The translations under genes were made by a program, and so were the position numbers. The notes beneath the pieces were generated by a model. It did not search any database. It saw only the letters and a program-made list of their open reading frames with translations, and was not told the origin of the DNA. DNA of 62,987 bases, the filler included, from Hyphochytrium catenoides (taxonomy: Eukaryota > Protista > Hyphochytriomycota): assembly GCA_900088475.1 (NCBI GenBank). It is 8 parts of 8 records of this genome, joined end to end, with 100 filler letters (N's around TTAATTAATTAA, not from the genome) between each part and the next. Parts side by side here need not be neighbours in the genome. Positions count along the whole stretch, not along the records: positions 33,826 to 57,447 come from FLMG01004001.1; 7 more parts are not named here. One strand, given 5' to 3'. Of this stretch, positions 33,726 to 47,779 are shown one piece after another. Position 1 is the first letter of the stretch. Each line of letters begins with the position of its first letter.

Positions 33726-35530
33726 NNNNNNNNNNNNNNNNNNNNNNNNNNNNNNNNNNNNNNNNNNNNTTAATTAATTAANNNNNNNNNNNNNNNNNNN
33801 NNNNNNNNNNNNNNNNNNNNNNNNNTTGTAAGGTACAAACCATTTATATGTCCATTTGTCCAATGTGTGCAAGGTTTAGAGCACGAAGAAGAATACCAAG
33901 TGCGACATGTATGGATTTCCCCTGACAGAGTGAAATTTTTTATATAGCTGACGGAGTACGCATTAACCCATCGAAGCGACAGAGAGACCAAGGGAGATTT
34001 GGTATAGAGCCAACTGAGGGAGACCACCAGGATTAGAGCGAGAATAAGAGCAAGCAAGTTAGAAATCAGTGGAGTGCATTGAAGGAAGCAAAGTAGAGAG
34101 GGAGAGAGAGACAGACAAAGGCATCTTGAGAAGGAGGGACACGTGGGAGAGCTGATGAGGGGAAAGTGCAATGACCTATATAGATCTCATGACAGAGTCA
34201 CTAGATAACAGATTAAGGAGGAGTGTAAGCGAGAGGTGAGACAGCGGGGAAAGTAGAATAGACAGAAGGAAGGAGGAGCACGCATAGGAATAAAGGGAGA
34301 GAAGAGGAGAAAGAGAGTGCCGAAGAAAGGGACATGCTACATTGATGGGAGGTGAGTCAACGTGCGATGAGAGGGGACGCTACATGAGAGCCCAAGAATG
34401 AAGGCAGAGGAACTTTCTCTCCTCTCTTTCTCTCTGTCTCTCTCTCTCTCCTTACGCATGTTAATACATCTCAGTCTTTTGTGTCTCTTCCTCTGCCCTC
34501 CTGCAGCAGTTACTCACCGTCTGTCCCTTTGTGACTGGAAGAAGACCTCCTTTCCTTCGCTCTTGATATGTGAGGAACCGCTTCTCCTTCCCAAGAACAA
34601 CGCTCCCCTTCTAATGGACGATGGAAGAATGGCCCTCTGTAATGTAAGAAGAAGCGTATCTTGAAGGAGAGTGAGAAGTGCCTTGTCTGTACCTTGGCTG
34701 GCCAAACCTCAGTTCAGACAAACACCACGCAGAGGAAGACTTCGCGGGACAAGTAACAAATACATTCAACTTCAAATTATTGATTAACTGAAATATAGAG
34801 GGCAAGGAGAGAGCCTCACGTGGGAGAGTCAGTCTACCTGATAATGGAAAATTAAAAGTCGTAACATGCTGAAGAGATTATATTAAGAGGCTATCCTAGA
34901 AACTTGCAAAGAGGAAGAGAGCAATAAGGAAAAAATAGAGTATCCTTCGTCATCAGAGCCATCCGCTGCCTACTCTAGTCAGGACTCCCGTCCTGAAAGT
35001 ACTCTCGAAGAGGCGAGGTCACATCCCATACACGGGCCGATCCGTATCCAGCGCACAATCATCTGATAGCAGCTGTCAGAGAAAAGGGCAAATTTAATAA
35101 CCTCCTGTTCCGTATCCCTTCATTCTACCTGAAGTCCAAGTCCATGATGAGCAGCCGTGATCTGACATGATATTCGTTCTTGGCCCTGTCACTCCTTTAT
35201 AGGAAGGGACAGAGCTATGCTAAGAACAGTGCGTTCGATGCTTTTTTTGAAAGAGTAATGGCAGACAAGGAAGACGGGGAGAAAGGAGCACTCCTGTGAA
35301 GCGAAAGAATCAAAGTTCTTTTGACCCAAACAACGAGAGAGCGGGCGCAGAGGAATGAAAGGAGCAAAGGATACACCGAGTAAAAAGGAAGAGAAGCAAG
35401 AACGTGAGAAAATGTGCTGAAAGAGGGACGCACCCAGCGATGGTGCTAAGCAAGAGATGTGACGATGGGGACCGTGAAGACGCACCAAGAGAGAGAGTGT
35501 GAAAGACAGATAGACAAAGAGGCGGAAAAG

Positions 35531-35572
<42 letters not shown>

Positions 35573-38124
35573 TGGGACAATGAAAGTATGATCAGTGTAT
35601 CTCGTGATAGTGACTTGTCAAATTAGACCTGAGCCCTACTGAGGAGTTATAGTTAGTGTGTGAAAAGAGCGAGTGGAGAGTAGTAAGAAACACCGCTGAA
35701 AGAGAAAGTAACAGGGAGAGGTGGGAGAGGGAGAAAGAGAAGTAAGAAGAAGGCCTCCTACAGGCGAAGCGTGAGAAGAATAGCTTGCGCGGTGAGAGAA
35801 GATATAGATATGGAGACAAAAGGACAAAAAGAGCCACTTGACTCGGGACATAACCCGCGGCGTAAGCTCTCAATAAGCCCCAGGACCCTCAAGGATGTAA
35901 CGAAGGCCGCCAGGGAAGTGATGGCGGAGTGTAGGCTGCTACAGCACAACATGATGAACTCTCCTTCTCACACTATAAGAGTCAGCAAAAACGGCGGCCT
36001 AGCTGGAGGCATCACAACGTGGTGTAAATAGACAAGAACGTCCACCTCATGCTTTTTGGACGTTCGACCGATACCGACTTTGAGACGACCGCCGCCACGA
36101 GGGGAACTAGTAGCAAGTCCTCGCTAAAATAGCCATCTACCAGCTCTTTAGCAGAGCTTCCAGGCAGCCCCTAGCGCCCGCGATGTTCTGGACTAATAGC
36201 TGACATGCCTGTGTGAGTTCTCTACACTATGAGATTACAAGTCTAAGTCTTTCCAGGTAGTTGATGCGAAAGGAAAAGGAGAAAGGCCGCAAGAGATAAG
36301 GTTTTGTGGGTGATGGCGTATGGGTGCAGCTGACCCGACCACCTCGGAATAGCTTGGGTAAGTACAGCCTCGGAGCCCACCCAGTCGAGCAGCAGTAAGA
36401 AGTGACGCCTTCCCAAAAAACAGTTACCATTGCTAAAGGTTGCTCCCGGCCAGCCTTCCCAGCTTTAAAAGCTTCTCATGTACATTCGGTTTCTAAGCCA
36501 AATGTTGTGCAAAGGGGCGTTACAGCACAGCCGCCTTCTCTGTCGCTTGGGTCAAGCGTCGCGCCTGGCTCTTGCCGGTGAACAGCCGAGCCTAAATTGT
36601 CCAGTGAGAAGACGGCTTCTTCAATGCCACTCTCATTGTGTGGCACACTCCTTTGAAGGTGGAGAGTGTTACAACGGTAGTGGAGATTATAGAGGGAGAG
36701 CAAAGGTGTCAGTCTTCGCTTCGCAACTCTCGTGAGGCCCTAACCCGGCGTTTGATTTGGGGTCCCATAATAATGGACGGATAACTTAAGTCCGTCATCG
36801 GTCTTCAATTGCTGAAGCTTCTGGGCGTTGCGAACATCTGCTGTATGAGATGGAGATTTGGTCATTGAGAATCCGAAGTGGTCATGCAAGCAATGCGGCC
36901 ACAGTCAGAAGAGCCTATTAGAGCTTCTGCCTTCCTAGCCAGAGGGTCTGCTAGTTTGGCGGCAGGTATTATGATGTTTCGTAGAGTCGTAGGATTATCA
37001 GTACCCCTGCTTATCGGTTTTACAACCTATGGCGTCTTGATGGCTGTGAATGTCCAACTGACCATTGACAGCGCATACGTGATGATCTGTCGACGCCGCA
37101 ACTCTTACCAAACGATGCTCGAGATACCTTTGACCAGGATGTGGCAGGACATGCGAGTGGTCAGGAGTTAGTCACTCTTTTACTCCCAGTTAGAAGGTCA
37201 GGTAGTTGGTTACTCCCTTTCTATTCTAATAATATATCTCGCTGTTGGAACTCTAGCTTGACCCTCTTACTTAGTGAGAGCAGATCCCCTTCCTCCCCTC
37301 CGTCCTTGCCCTTCACTGCCCATCACTGCAGTGTTGCACTACCCAGGTCTCCAAGAGCGAACAGAGACCTGAAACCGCCACACACTGGTCCATCATAACA
37401 TAACGGCACAGTGCAGTTCCGCCCTTCTGAGCCCACACCATTGCCATAAAGCGAAAATATCAGGGGTTCGCTTTCTGCCCCTAACAACACAATACCTGTA
37501 CGAGTCGTAGAAACGCTAAAGTGCAGTTAAGTCCCTTGTTAGCGGACAAAGGCAACAACGTGGCCAAGAAACCCGACAATTTTGAAATCATCCGTTGGAA
37601 CACCCATCAAGCCTGTGTCATGGGTTGAGACGTTAGAGCAGACTTTATTGTTGCTGACATGGGATGGTTCTTCCAGCCGTTGTGTCCTGATTTATGTGAC
37701 GACCTTAAGCTTGCTGCCAGGTTGATGATAGCAAGGAGAGCAGAAGAATGATGATGACAATAAGGTCAGCCCGACGGAGAGTTGGGAGCATCTACCAGAT
37801 AATGCAGATCTGCTCCTGCTGCGTCAGAAGAATAGCTTTGGGCAACAGGGAATTCTTAAGCCTACAGATTTTTTGCACGGACCTAAAGGCCAAAGAAGAC
37901 AATGAATGCCAAGGACTCATTAGCGTAGGATTAGCTATTGGGATTAAGGAGCTGACTTGGCAGGCGTTACATCTCTCGTGGACAGCTAGGATAATGGGAT
38001 AATTACTTGAGGGGACAGATAGAGACTTTGTCGGGAACAGTTTCCTCTCTCCCACTAATTTTCTCCTGCATCTAAGGTTCGCTGTTTGCAGATAAGTTCC
38101 GCTACTACGTTGAGAGCACGAAAT

Positions 38125-40821
38125 ATGGAGACAATCTCTCAGCAGCCAGTGAAGACGATGCCCCGGCAGCCAGCGGAAGACAAGTCTCTTTATCCAAAGA
38201 ATAACGACAAGGACAAACAGCGCACAATTTTGAACAGCACACCTCCTATGCTAGCGCAGGAGACTATTGTCCCAGGCCTTACGAAAGCCCTTCCTCTGAG
38301 AAAAGGCGTGGTAACCCAAGTACCAGAACAGCCCGCCACCCGTTTTGCAGGCTTGAGAGTAAGTCGAGTTGATGTCACCTTGGCTTCCGATTGCTCTCTC
38401 TTCGGAGGGCGCAGTGCCCCCACTGTTGAAAAGGAAGGCGGGAATAGCCATTCTAATAATGCGGAAACAGCAGATCGCGATCGCATTGCTGGGTCCTCGC
38501 TCCCCGCTGGGGGTCATGAACGACCGGCAGGAAGCCCTGCCATGTGTACTCGTGCATTAGATCCTCTTGCTGCGGGGCAGTCATTTGCTGACAGCGGAAG
38601 CGCATACTGGACAATACGTGCATATTGGGCCAACGAGGAAGAGAAGGCACAGAACACTATGACAATAAACTTCGCGGAGTCAGTCTGTGCCTGGATCCTG
38701 GGGTCCGAAACTCATAGGAATTTTATTGGTGGGATGAGGCGACATAGGTCTTTGGTTCGCTTCTCAGTACTAACCTACAATGCTGCAATCACTTCAATCA
38801 CGGTGGCGCTCCTGGTCAATGAAACCTTAGGAACTTATCTGGCAATCTTTGCTGCAGTTGGGGCCATCCAAGGTGACCTTCAGACAGCATTAGGCATGAA
38901 CAGAAAGCTTTTAAAGAAGTTGGCCCATAACCCCCAATTCTGGACAATGCTACTTCTTATGCTAATACTTTGGATAACGGTTGGCATCATGCTTGGTGGG
39001 ATTCGAGGACCTCTTGTCTCACTTGCTGGAGCTCTTGTGGGCATCATGGGAGGTCCCTCAAAGGATAGCAATCACTACAGGTTTCGGCCGAGCACTGGTT
39101 TCTTCTGGACATACTTGGCTGGTATAGCTCTCTTCACGACTTTGGCCGGTAGTATGGCGTTTAAGGTTTTCCGTGGCGGGAGGGTACTGCGCTGGTCTGT
39201 CGGGGCTAGACAACTGACAGGGGAAGATATTGTCGTTAACTCCGCGGCAACGGTCGTCATGTTTCTTCTCCCATTCTTCGTCGATGCCTGCCGCTCTGTC
39301 TGGCGACGGTTGAGAAGCCAACCTCAAGGGCTCACTGATAGCTCGATGACGGTTCCTAGTGGTGGTGTGCGGGAACAGCAAAAGACAATGAGAAGCATCC
39401 GATGTGTCAATCTTCAGTGGCCTCTGATCCTTGAGCCCATGGCAATGGTTGACCCGTCGGCCGTTGTTGCTGAGGAAAGGACTACTGGCGGCGCTGGTAG
39501 ACAACCGTCAACTCAAACAATACCCCCGGAGTCTCAATATGTCTTGGCACCTCCCATGAAACCACCTACATGTGATGACGTGGCCTTAGCGATGGGAGAG
39601 GGCAAAGCTAAAGGCTTGTCTGTCGATATAATGGTGCCTTGTGAGATACGCATGCCTACTACTGGCATTACACCAATTCTTCTGCACCAGCGCCCTAGCC
39701 TGTTAGACCAGTTGGTGGCCATACCAGTCTTGCGTTCAATAAGCGGGCCGCTTGCTCGTTACCTAGGGCACAGGAACCAAGGTGGTAGCCGGGTCTGCCG
39801 GAAGAAACAAGTCCGAGACTGTGGCTGTCATAATCGGCTCGCGATGGCTACTGTCAGGGTCACGCCAGATGGTCTTGCTCAGGAAATGCAACCGATAGAG
39901 GTATCAGGGGGTTACCGTCAAAACGCAGCGGGTCTGACGCTAGTAAGGCACAAGCGTTGGGCCCAGACACGGCACACACTCGGGATCAGACTCCTGCTAT
40001 GGATCGGGGTTGGACTTATAATTCTTACGTTCTACCTAGGTAACCAACGGAAGACTTCTCCTACTTCGGTAGTCCTGGGGCGAGTCTTGCCGATCTTAGC
40101 ATCCATCACCTGTATATGGAACATTATCTCGTTTCTCTTCCTTTCTAGTCATTTCAATGCCAGTCTGCTGCTTCTCATCTGCAAGTCGTCCTTCGACTTT
40201 TGGTTTCTTGTGGCTCAAGATTTCGCACTCTTTCTGTCATTGTCCGATGCATTTGAATATGATGCGAGAAGTCTAGCTTTAATCGGATGGTGTCTGCTTT
40301 ACCTGGGCTGCTTGTTCACGGATTCAATTCTACCTCCCTTGAACGACAAGGAAATTAAGCTGCGGATAATAACGAAGCAGTTCATGGGAGGAACAATACT
40401 ACTGCCACTGCTAGCCATTCAATGCTGGTTCTTGTATGACCTCATTTGCCTGGATGGGAGCGTCCACCTCCGAGCACGGACGATGATGCAGATCACTAAA
40501 TTCGTGGAGGAAGGTGTAACAGATGCTACTGGTGGGGCTGCTAGCGTTCTGAACTTTAGCACGGATAGCTTCATCGTTGGAAGGCAGTTGTCTATTATAG
40601 TTTTCTCCTTCCCACTATTCTATCATTTTCTTCTTCAGTGTGCGATACCGATTACGTCCGAGGACGCACCAGCTTCTAAGGGTTGCTCATCAGGAGAGCG
40701 ACGATTGTACTTTCTGACGGCATCCGTTTCGTACAGGGTACCTATTTGCAGACCGAACGCAAACTGGCAAAAAGGGCAGACATCGAAACGTCAGAAACTT
40801 TCATCGTCAATCAGCACATGA
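38125..40821 (+). CDS. Uncharacterised polytopic membrane protein with two ~6-TM modules
   Basis: ~900-aa intronless ORF; two hydrophobic clusters with parallel motifs NRKLLKKLAHNPQFW and NASLLLLICKSSFDFW. Confidence 0.85.
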   Translation: METISQQPVKTMPRQPAEDKSLYPKNNDKDKQRTILNSTPPMLAQETIVPGLTKALPLRKGVVTQVPEQPATRFAGLRVSRVDVTLASDCSLFGGRSAPTVEKEGGNSHSNNAETADRDRIAGSSLPAGGHERPAGSPAMCTRALDPLAAGQSFADSGSAYWTIRAYWANEEEKAQNTMTINFAESVCAWILGSETHRNFIGGMRRHRSLVRFSVLTYNAAITSITVALLVNETLGTYLAIFAAVGAIQGDLQTALGMNRKLLKKLAHNPQFWTMLLLMLILWITVGIMLGGIRGPLVSLAGALVGIMGGPSKDSNHYRFRPSTGFFWTYLAGIALFTTLAGSMAFKVFRGGRVLRWSVGARQLTGEDIVVNSAATVVMFLLPFFVDACRSVWRRLRSQPQGLTDSSMTVPSGGVREQQKTMRSIRCVNLQWPLILEPMAMVDPSAVVAEERTTGGAGRQPSTQTIPPESQYVLAPPMKPPTCDDVALAMGEGKAKGLSVDIMVPCEIRMPTTGITPILLHQRPSLLDQLVAIPVLRSISGPLARYLGHRNQGGSRVCRKKQVRDCGCHNRLAMATVRVTPDGLAQEMQPIEVSGGYRQNAAGLTLVRHKRWAQTRHTLGIRLLLWIGVGLIILTFYLGNQRKTSPTSVVLGRVLPILASITCIWNIISFLFLSSHFNASLLLLICKSSFDFWFLVAQDFALFLSLSDAFEYDARSLALIGWCLLYLGCLFTDSILPPLNDKEIKLRIITKQFMGGTILLPLLAIQCWFLYDLICLDGSVHLRARTMMQITKFVEEGVTDATGGAASVLNFSTDSFIVGRQLSIIVFSFPLFYHFLLQCAIPITSEDAPASKGCSSGERRLYFLTASVSYRVPICRPNANWQKGQTSKRQKLSSSIST

Positions 40822-43329
40822 CAGACGCGGTGACGCAATGAATGATAGCTTCAGCTACACTTTTTAGAGCCTGTCTTAGCGCCGCCTCTCGGCCCACCTC
40901 CTCCAGGTCGAGGGGTTATCTCATCATTAGAGTATGAATTGAATCCGCAGATACCCTTTCCTTTCCTTATTAACAGCTTTGGTCCAGCTGCTGTGCAGAA
41001 CCAACTGCCAGGCGCAGTGATTGAATTGGTGGGTTCACTTAGGCAGAACTCTCTCTCCAAACAAATCACGTATGCCTCCCTCCTGTGTGCTTAGTGAATA
41101 AGGATTAGCAGAAGTAATGGTTGCTCAATACCGCTATCTACTATGGTGGTTGATACCAGGGTCATCCCCTCAGGAGGTAAACCCTGAATTAAAAGTCAAG
41201 CACCGCTCGCTTCCCTGTGGGAGGGCAAAATAAAGTAATGGAGCTAGAACCAGCACCAGGAGCTGAAACCCAGAAGAAGCTGCACGCCGGCAGTTTAAAG
41301 TACAGATGCTCATGGTTGAAATGCTAATGCTTTGTCCTTTGCTTGTTGAACAAGCAGTCTCTTATGGTGTTGATATTTTATCCGAGAGGCGATACCCTGA
41401 TACGTAGACTTAATAGAACGCTACTACTAGCAAAAGCAGGAACAAGTACTCCTCCACTCAGACTAGAGTCACACTCGCCGCCGCCAAGGAAGTATGCTGC
41501 CAAGATTGTCAATTTCTGGTATCCACTCTTCTGTATGTCTTGCCAGCTTATGGTGGCGAAGAGGCTTAGATCGTCCGCATTTCCTCAGCTCTATCATGGT
41601 GCGTTATGGGTCCATAAATAATAGACAAGAGAGGGGCTGAGCGGCTCCATGTCTGGACGCGATCGTAAGCCCCTGCTGGCACATGATTCTGGATGTCCTA
41701 TTTAATTGATGTCTGACGCGACAATTAACTCTGGCGTCGTCAATCTCCTGAAGGCTAGCTCCATGGTTCAACCCTCTACCATTATGATAATACTGAGTAT
41801 GGTGCTACTAATTTCAACATGTTCATGAACTGATCATGTCTCTTTCAGAATATTCGATGTCAGCCTGGGAGATGTTGCAAGAGGTTACTTCAAGCAATGT
41901 AGAGCCGTGGAAAACTCCTTGATATCATCATCATCGTCCTCCTCTTGCCTAGGAGCTTGGCGAACTTTCCTCAACATGCCCTGACCAAGACTGTGAGTAA
42001 GGCCGTACTGGTATGTGTATGATATGGTCGAGAATAATGGGACACAAGAGAGCAACAACGCTACCGCGAGACACTCCAATTAAGCATTCGATGGTAACAC
42101 CACTACCGGAATAAGAAGAACCTCGAGAGCATCATCAGTCTCTCTACTTCTCTGCAGCGGATCCTCCATCACAAGAAGTGTTCACATCTCCCTCGATAGT
42201 GCTTCAAGGCGTCATGTGTCGCGGACACGGCGTTGATAGCATCATTTGTTGTGACCCGTCGACCGGCACAGAGGTAGGACTCGCCAGTATCTTGGAGGAG
42301 AAGTAGGAGGTCACAAAATTGTGGCCATGAACATCGATTCCTGTTCGAGGCCAGGCAGCATTCCTCGGAACAGTAAGGTAGAATATCCGTAGGATGTTAA
42401 GGTTTCCTGGGCTGCGGAGGATGGACCTGGCCTCACTCTCTAAGTTACCTGAGGCCAGGCACATCCCCCCTTACGGGGCAGCGCATGTACTTGCGCTCAG
42501 GGCAGTCAGTTAGCAGGCCCCGGCTGCCTGCTGGTGCCTCAAAGCATTTCTTTGAACAGTACCTCTTATTTGCTGGCAATCTGGAGATAAGGCCGCACCA
42601 CCACGGATTCCCCAACTTCTTGATGATTCAACGCTGCCTGCCTAAGTTGCATCACATCAGCAATATTGTGAGCCCCTTCCATCCTCTCAAGAATGCGCGA
42701 TTGAGTCTCTGTCTAGTGTTCCTGGCCCTTCGCGGCCGCTGGGATTGATGCCTTGTGGACGCTGAGCCATTCCGCTTTTATGCTGGAGCCACTCGTCGCC
42801 CGACGAGCAATCGTTCTCCAGTATGAATCTATCGCTTTTTGAAAGTTGTTGTCAGATCTCAGGATGGGGGATGATGATGGCTAATAATAAACAAGCAAGG
42901 ATTCCCTACCAAGAATAAATGATCAGGGAGAGTAGTATTGGAAAGCCAATCTTACACCTGCCGCAGACAAACGCACCACCACCATGTAGTTCTAGTACCT
43001 GACTGATTCAGCTGCGTCTACTACTACCGCTGCTCTTTCTGGCAAACAGCTACCGTCATGATTCTCTACGTAACAGAGTCTATTGTGCATGTGCATAAAA
43101 GCGTAAGAATAGGATTAGTCTTTGCCCCTTCATTATCTTAATAAAGCTTAACACTGCAGATGTGAACATAGATCTACTGAAGCACTTCTTCTCTGACAAG
43201 TTCAGGTAAGCATCCATGCTGTCTTCGCTAGTATCAAACACTAATCGAGTTTAGTAGAGAGGCGCGTAGGGACTGCAATCATACGCAGGATCCGTAGAGA
43301 AGATTAACTCTCTTTCTCCTCTTCTTTCC

Positions 43330-45779
43330 TCATTCAGAGAGAGATGAACTGGTAGTGGAAAAAGTACCCCTAGTAGATGTATTAGAAGAGACGCTTTGCC
43401 CGTCATCGTCTTCTCCCTCCTCTTCGGAGCCTTCCTGGTCCTTTTCTTCTTCTTCTCCCGCTGGGACACTTTCAGCGCGTTCCCTGTTATTATTAGGACC
43501 GGCTTCCGCATGCTGCCGAGGACGTTGATGCTTTCGCCTACCGACATATGTCACCGACTCTTTGACGAAGAACTGCACCGTCTTTTCCAAGGCGGACCCG
43601 GACCCGGCCCTACAGTCCTCACCTTCCGCGTCCTTCTGTTGGTTCGATCCCTCCTCCAGCACCTTCAAGGCGTTTTTCAGAGTCTGCAGAGCTACTGGAA
43701 GACGCTCTTCCAAGCCTTCCCTTAGTTCGCGCTCTCTCTCATTATCCTGTGGGTCACGGAACCTGACCTTAACCGTTATTGACCTAGTCGAGCTCCGCTG
43801 CCGCCATGCCCGCAGCTTCTTCGGGCGACCATTTTCCGCTAAGCTGAAGATAAAGTCCTCGACTAGCGTGTAAGGGTCATGCTTACCTTCAACCCCTTCC
43901 CACGTATCATAATGGGATTCCAGGACTAGTTCGCATCGGGAGGCCGCAGAGTCCACGACGAAGTCTGCAATTCCCTTGCAGTGATTCTGCTCGTGGCGCA
44001 GAAGTATGCCAACTACAGGGCCTTCAGCTTGGCTAACATGGCCAGTCCTCCGTCATCGAAGTCAGACATATGGCTGAATGGCACGGTGTATGTATCGGGC
44101 TCAGGCATAACGTACAGGAAACGGAAGTGTGGGCAGTAGCTCTGAATAGCTCTCATTGTCTCCGTCGTGACGTACTCTATCGATAAAAAAGGAAGGGCAC
44201 GAGAATGATGGAAAAAATGGCGGGTTATCAGTCAAGACGGCCCACAACCACTGTCAGAGAATAGTACGTCGTAACAGTGTGATGGTCGCCTTGTATCACA
44301 GGCTCCTCTAGCGCTGGACAGGAGGCAAGAAACAGACTAAAGTGCCGCGCATTCTGGGCTACTGCTCCATATCCCTCACTTCTATCAAGATGATAACTGT
44401 AAGAGATGGAGACTTGTCTGATAAGAAAGCTTCGAAGCTTCGGCTTCCGTACTTGAGACAACGTAGAAAGCATAGTAGGATCGTATCCGAGCTTCAATGT
44501 ATCAATTTCCCAAACTCGAAGGTTCTGGCAATGACGGAAGATTACCAACACTGTCTCCCAAGAGAGTGTCTGATTCATTTTTGGGACTCGAAGCTCGTTT
44601 GTACCCGTAACACCGAGGCCCCAGAAGAGTTCCAGATTCGGACAGTGCTTATACACGATTTGATAGAACTCATCATCCGCAAGAACTCTGCCAGCATTTG
44701 ATCTTATCAGCTCTCCAGACATTAATAGTCTTCGAATGCCTCCGTTATGCTCGTGCCAGCGTTTGAGAGCAAATCTGAAGACTTCAATTGTGGATCCGCA
44801 GGCTGGAGCCACAGCCAATATCTCCTCACCTTCCTCCGATGAAGAAAGGAAAGAGGTACATCCTTGCCGCTGCTGCCTCCCAAGGGACAAAGAAGATCCT
44901 CGGACTATCTTGCGGTACTGGAAGGTATGATATCCGCGTACGCTTTCTGCGCGTACTAGGTGGTAGTCTGAGTAGGGATATCAGTTCAGATCAAGAGATT
45001 CAAGGCTTGGTAACAGTCTAGAGGCGGACTCTAGGATGAGATTAACTCCAGCTTCAGGGGCTTTCCTGAGACTATCCCCTTCTCCAGCGACCAGGTTAAG
45101 GTTGTTGATGCTGAGAGTTCTTAAGTCAGGCAGGGCTCTGAAAATTTCATCCCAGAGCTTGGACGCTTCCTCGCAGGGCTTATCTCCCATCGAAGTAGAC
45201 GCGGATGAATTGAGCTCAACCCGACTACTAGTCAGGCACCTTGTTGGGAAGTCCAGCTCAACTACAAGGTGGGCGACCGGGATGCCCTTAGTCGCTTGTA
45301 CCTGCGTTAAAATTCTTCTAAGAAGGTCCAACCGGTACTGCGGATCGTCGATAAGCTCTAGTGGCGGACAGAAGTAGACAAACTGATAATGCTGATCACC
45401 TGCTATCGTACGCGCCACCTCCGCTTCCAAAGAATGCATAGATTCGGGACATACTGAAGATAGCTCTTCCATGTTACGGAGCTTATAGCTCTTCCACCAA
45501 CCTTTCCCATAGTGTAACGCTCCAGTCTGCTGGTTAAACATATGAAGAAAACTCGGGGAAGAGATCGCCTCTCTCTTGAGTCCAGTAATCTTCTACACGG
45601 GAGCTTTCGGCAGCGTCTACAAGGATGTTTCGCAAGACACTCGGGGGAAGGCGAGCTAGGGTCGCTGAGCTATTAAGCCTGTCGGCAACAAGGCGCTTAT
45701 CTTTCTTGGACGAGCCACGATGGAGGTCTAAAGCATCCGGCAGATGTGCATTGTTCCGTTCGAGCCCATTATGTTGCAC
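43330..45779 (-). pseudogene. F-box/LRR-like gene, disrupted
   Basis: LARLPPSVLRNILV (F-box-like) followed by LRR-like units ALPDLRTLSI, LLPSLESLDL, HCPNLELF, HCQNLRVWEI, SCPALEE, YCPHFRFL; in-frame TGA at 44981 and several frameshifts. Confidence 0.65.
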
Positions 45780-47779
45780 TCTCCTATTGATTGGCTCTTT
45801 AAATCAAGGGCAGCGTCGGCTGGTGCTAGTAAAAGGTTCTGTTGTCTATCTAGGAGATTATAAACTTGTTGCAGGCGGCATAGATCATAACGATGTGCAG
45901 GATCAATTGTGCCAGAAGCTGTCTGATGAGATTGACGGTGGAGGACAGAGCACATTCATTATAGGGAGATCATCATGAGGACTACCAAGAAGAAGAAAGA
46001 AAGAGTATTGCATCCTGTCATGAGTCTTCTTGTAGGATGCATTTGTCTGATCGAACGAAAAATGCCAGCGCCAGCAGCATCAGCAGATGGCACTAACAGG
46101 GATTTGTGGCTGGTTCATCCGCTGTCATCATACTACACTGACTGTTCCTTTTCCTCTCGCGCCGGCTCTTGCAGACGGTGAGTGATGATAATGACGGAGC
46201 TGCAGGTCCTGGGAGCAGTGGGAAGATGACGGGGTGGTCGTAGCAGCCAATAGATAAGAAGAATTGTATTGATTCTTAGAACCGCGCTCTGACCGACGCC
46301 GCCATCATGAGGACTGCCATTAAGCGTCATTTACCAGCCGAAGTCACCCCCCAAGAGAGGCAGGTCGGAGAAGGAGAGGTATTATGCATTTCCTGGATGA
46401 AGCCTCCGACGACCAGAAGCGAGGCAGGTGGTTTGGCGCTTGTGTCTTCTTCGTAGCATCATCTTTGGAAAATGGGCGCAGCGATAGGAACACGCATTTG
46501 GACTACTCCATTAGTAAATATGAAGCCGCTTACGAGAGAAGAGTTTGATGACACTAGGATGCGTGAAGGTATAGAAACTATCACTTCTTTTTTGCTAAGA
46601 CCACCATAATATAAAATAACTCCAAGAGGTCAAGCTGAACTCCAAGAACTTTAGGAGGACGCATGGAGTAGACACTTCACACGGAGCTTTTGGGTCCGTC
46701 GTCCGGTCTCAGCAGGTGCAGAGGCTTCGGTAACACCGTGCTAAGAAAATCGAGAACAAGCGTGAGGAGGGGAAGCCTGCAAAAGTACGACAACGAAGGG
46801 AACAAAAGGCTGAAAAAGAGGTGGAAGCTGCAAGGAGATTGAAGAAGCAAGAGGGAGGAGAGAACAGGGAACTGAGACTTCTGAGATCTTTTGCCTGGAG
46901 AATAAATATTTTAACCAGTCATTGGTAAGGCAATTGAAAAGGTTCTTATTTATCTGCACACAGACAGAGTGTTTTGTTTAGGTCATCATCATGTCCCTCC
47001 TGGCAAACGGGGAGGAGGACTAGAACTGAGTCCAGAAAGAAAACAAGTAGAAAGTCATGACATCAGGAAACTGAGAGTAGCCCTCTTCACTTCCATGGTC
47101 ACAAAGCACACACTTCCTCTCCCTAACAGCAGTTGTTGCTTATTGCCTATTATTCAATTGTCTAGCTTCCTCCTGGTGCAGCATGGCTACAAGCAGCGTC
47201 CGTTCCCCCTTCATAGGCTACTACTAGTAGATAAGAAGGGATCGTCCGATGGTACTCGTAAACCATGAACAGCGAGCTTTTGATAAAGAAGAATCGAAAG
47301 ATAGCAGCATGATGGTTGGAGCGTTAGAGTACTAATGAACTTTCCGCGGTTTCATTATATGTAGAGATAGATGATGCCCTAACAATAGGGTGGCTCTTAG
47401 GAACACGAACGACCGCCGGTCACATCATCATGTCTCCTTGCTTAACTTGCTTCCTCTCTTGCGTAAAGGGACCCCTGGGATCAGAAAGCTTTTATTTTCT
47501 GCCACATACTAAATAAGAAGCTTGACAATGCCCAGTAGAGTGGTGGCGGTCTGCCAGATATTGCGGTCCTTTCGTGCTGGGCGGTGGCAAGTTGGACCGA
47601 TAAATTAATATAATACTAAGCAGAACGCCTAGGGCAGAGCATTCAAAGGTTGCCATTGCTTACCAAGACACCAAGTGCTACGAATATCTTGAACTCACAC
47701 AATAAAAAAGTTCCCGGCCTTCAATGACCGTTCATTATTTTATGGGATGATAGCTACTACTAATAGCTACTAAGAAGTA

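Noticed and set aside
44981-44983. In-frame TGA as selenocysteine or readthrough
   Set aside because: The same gene also has frameshifts; pseudogene or sequencing error is simpler
46480-47000. Decayed DNA-transposase C-terminus (Lys/Glu/Arg-rich frame)
   Set aside because: No DDE motif or TIRs recognisable
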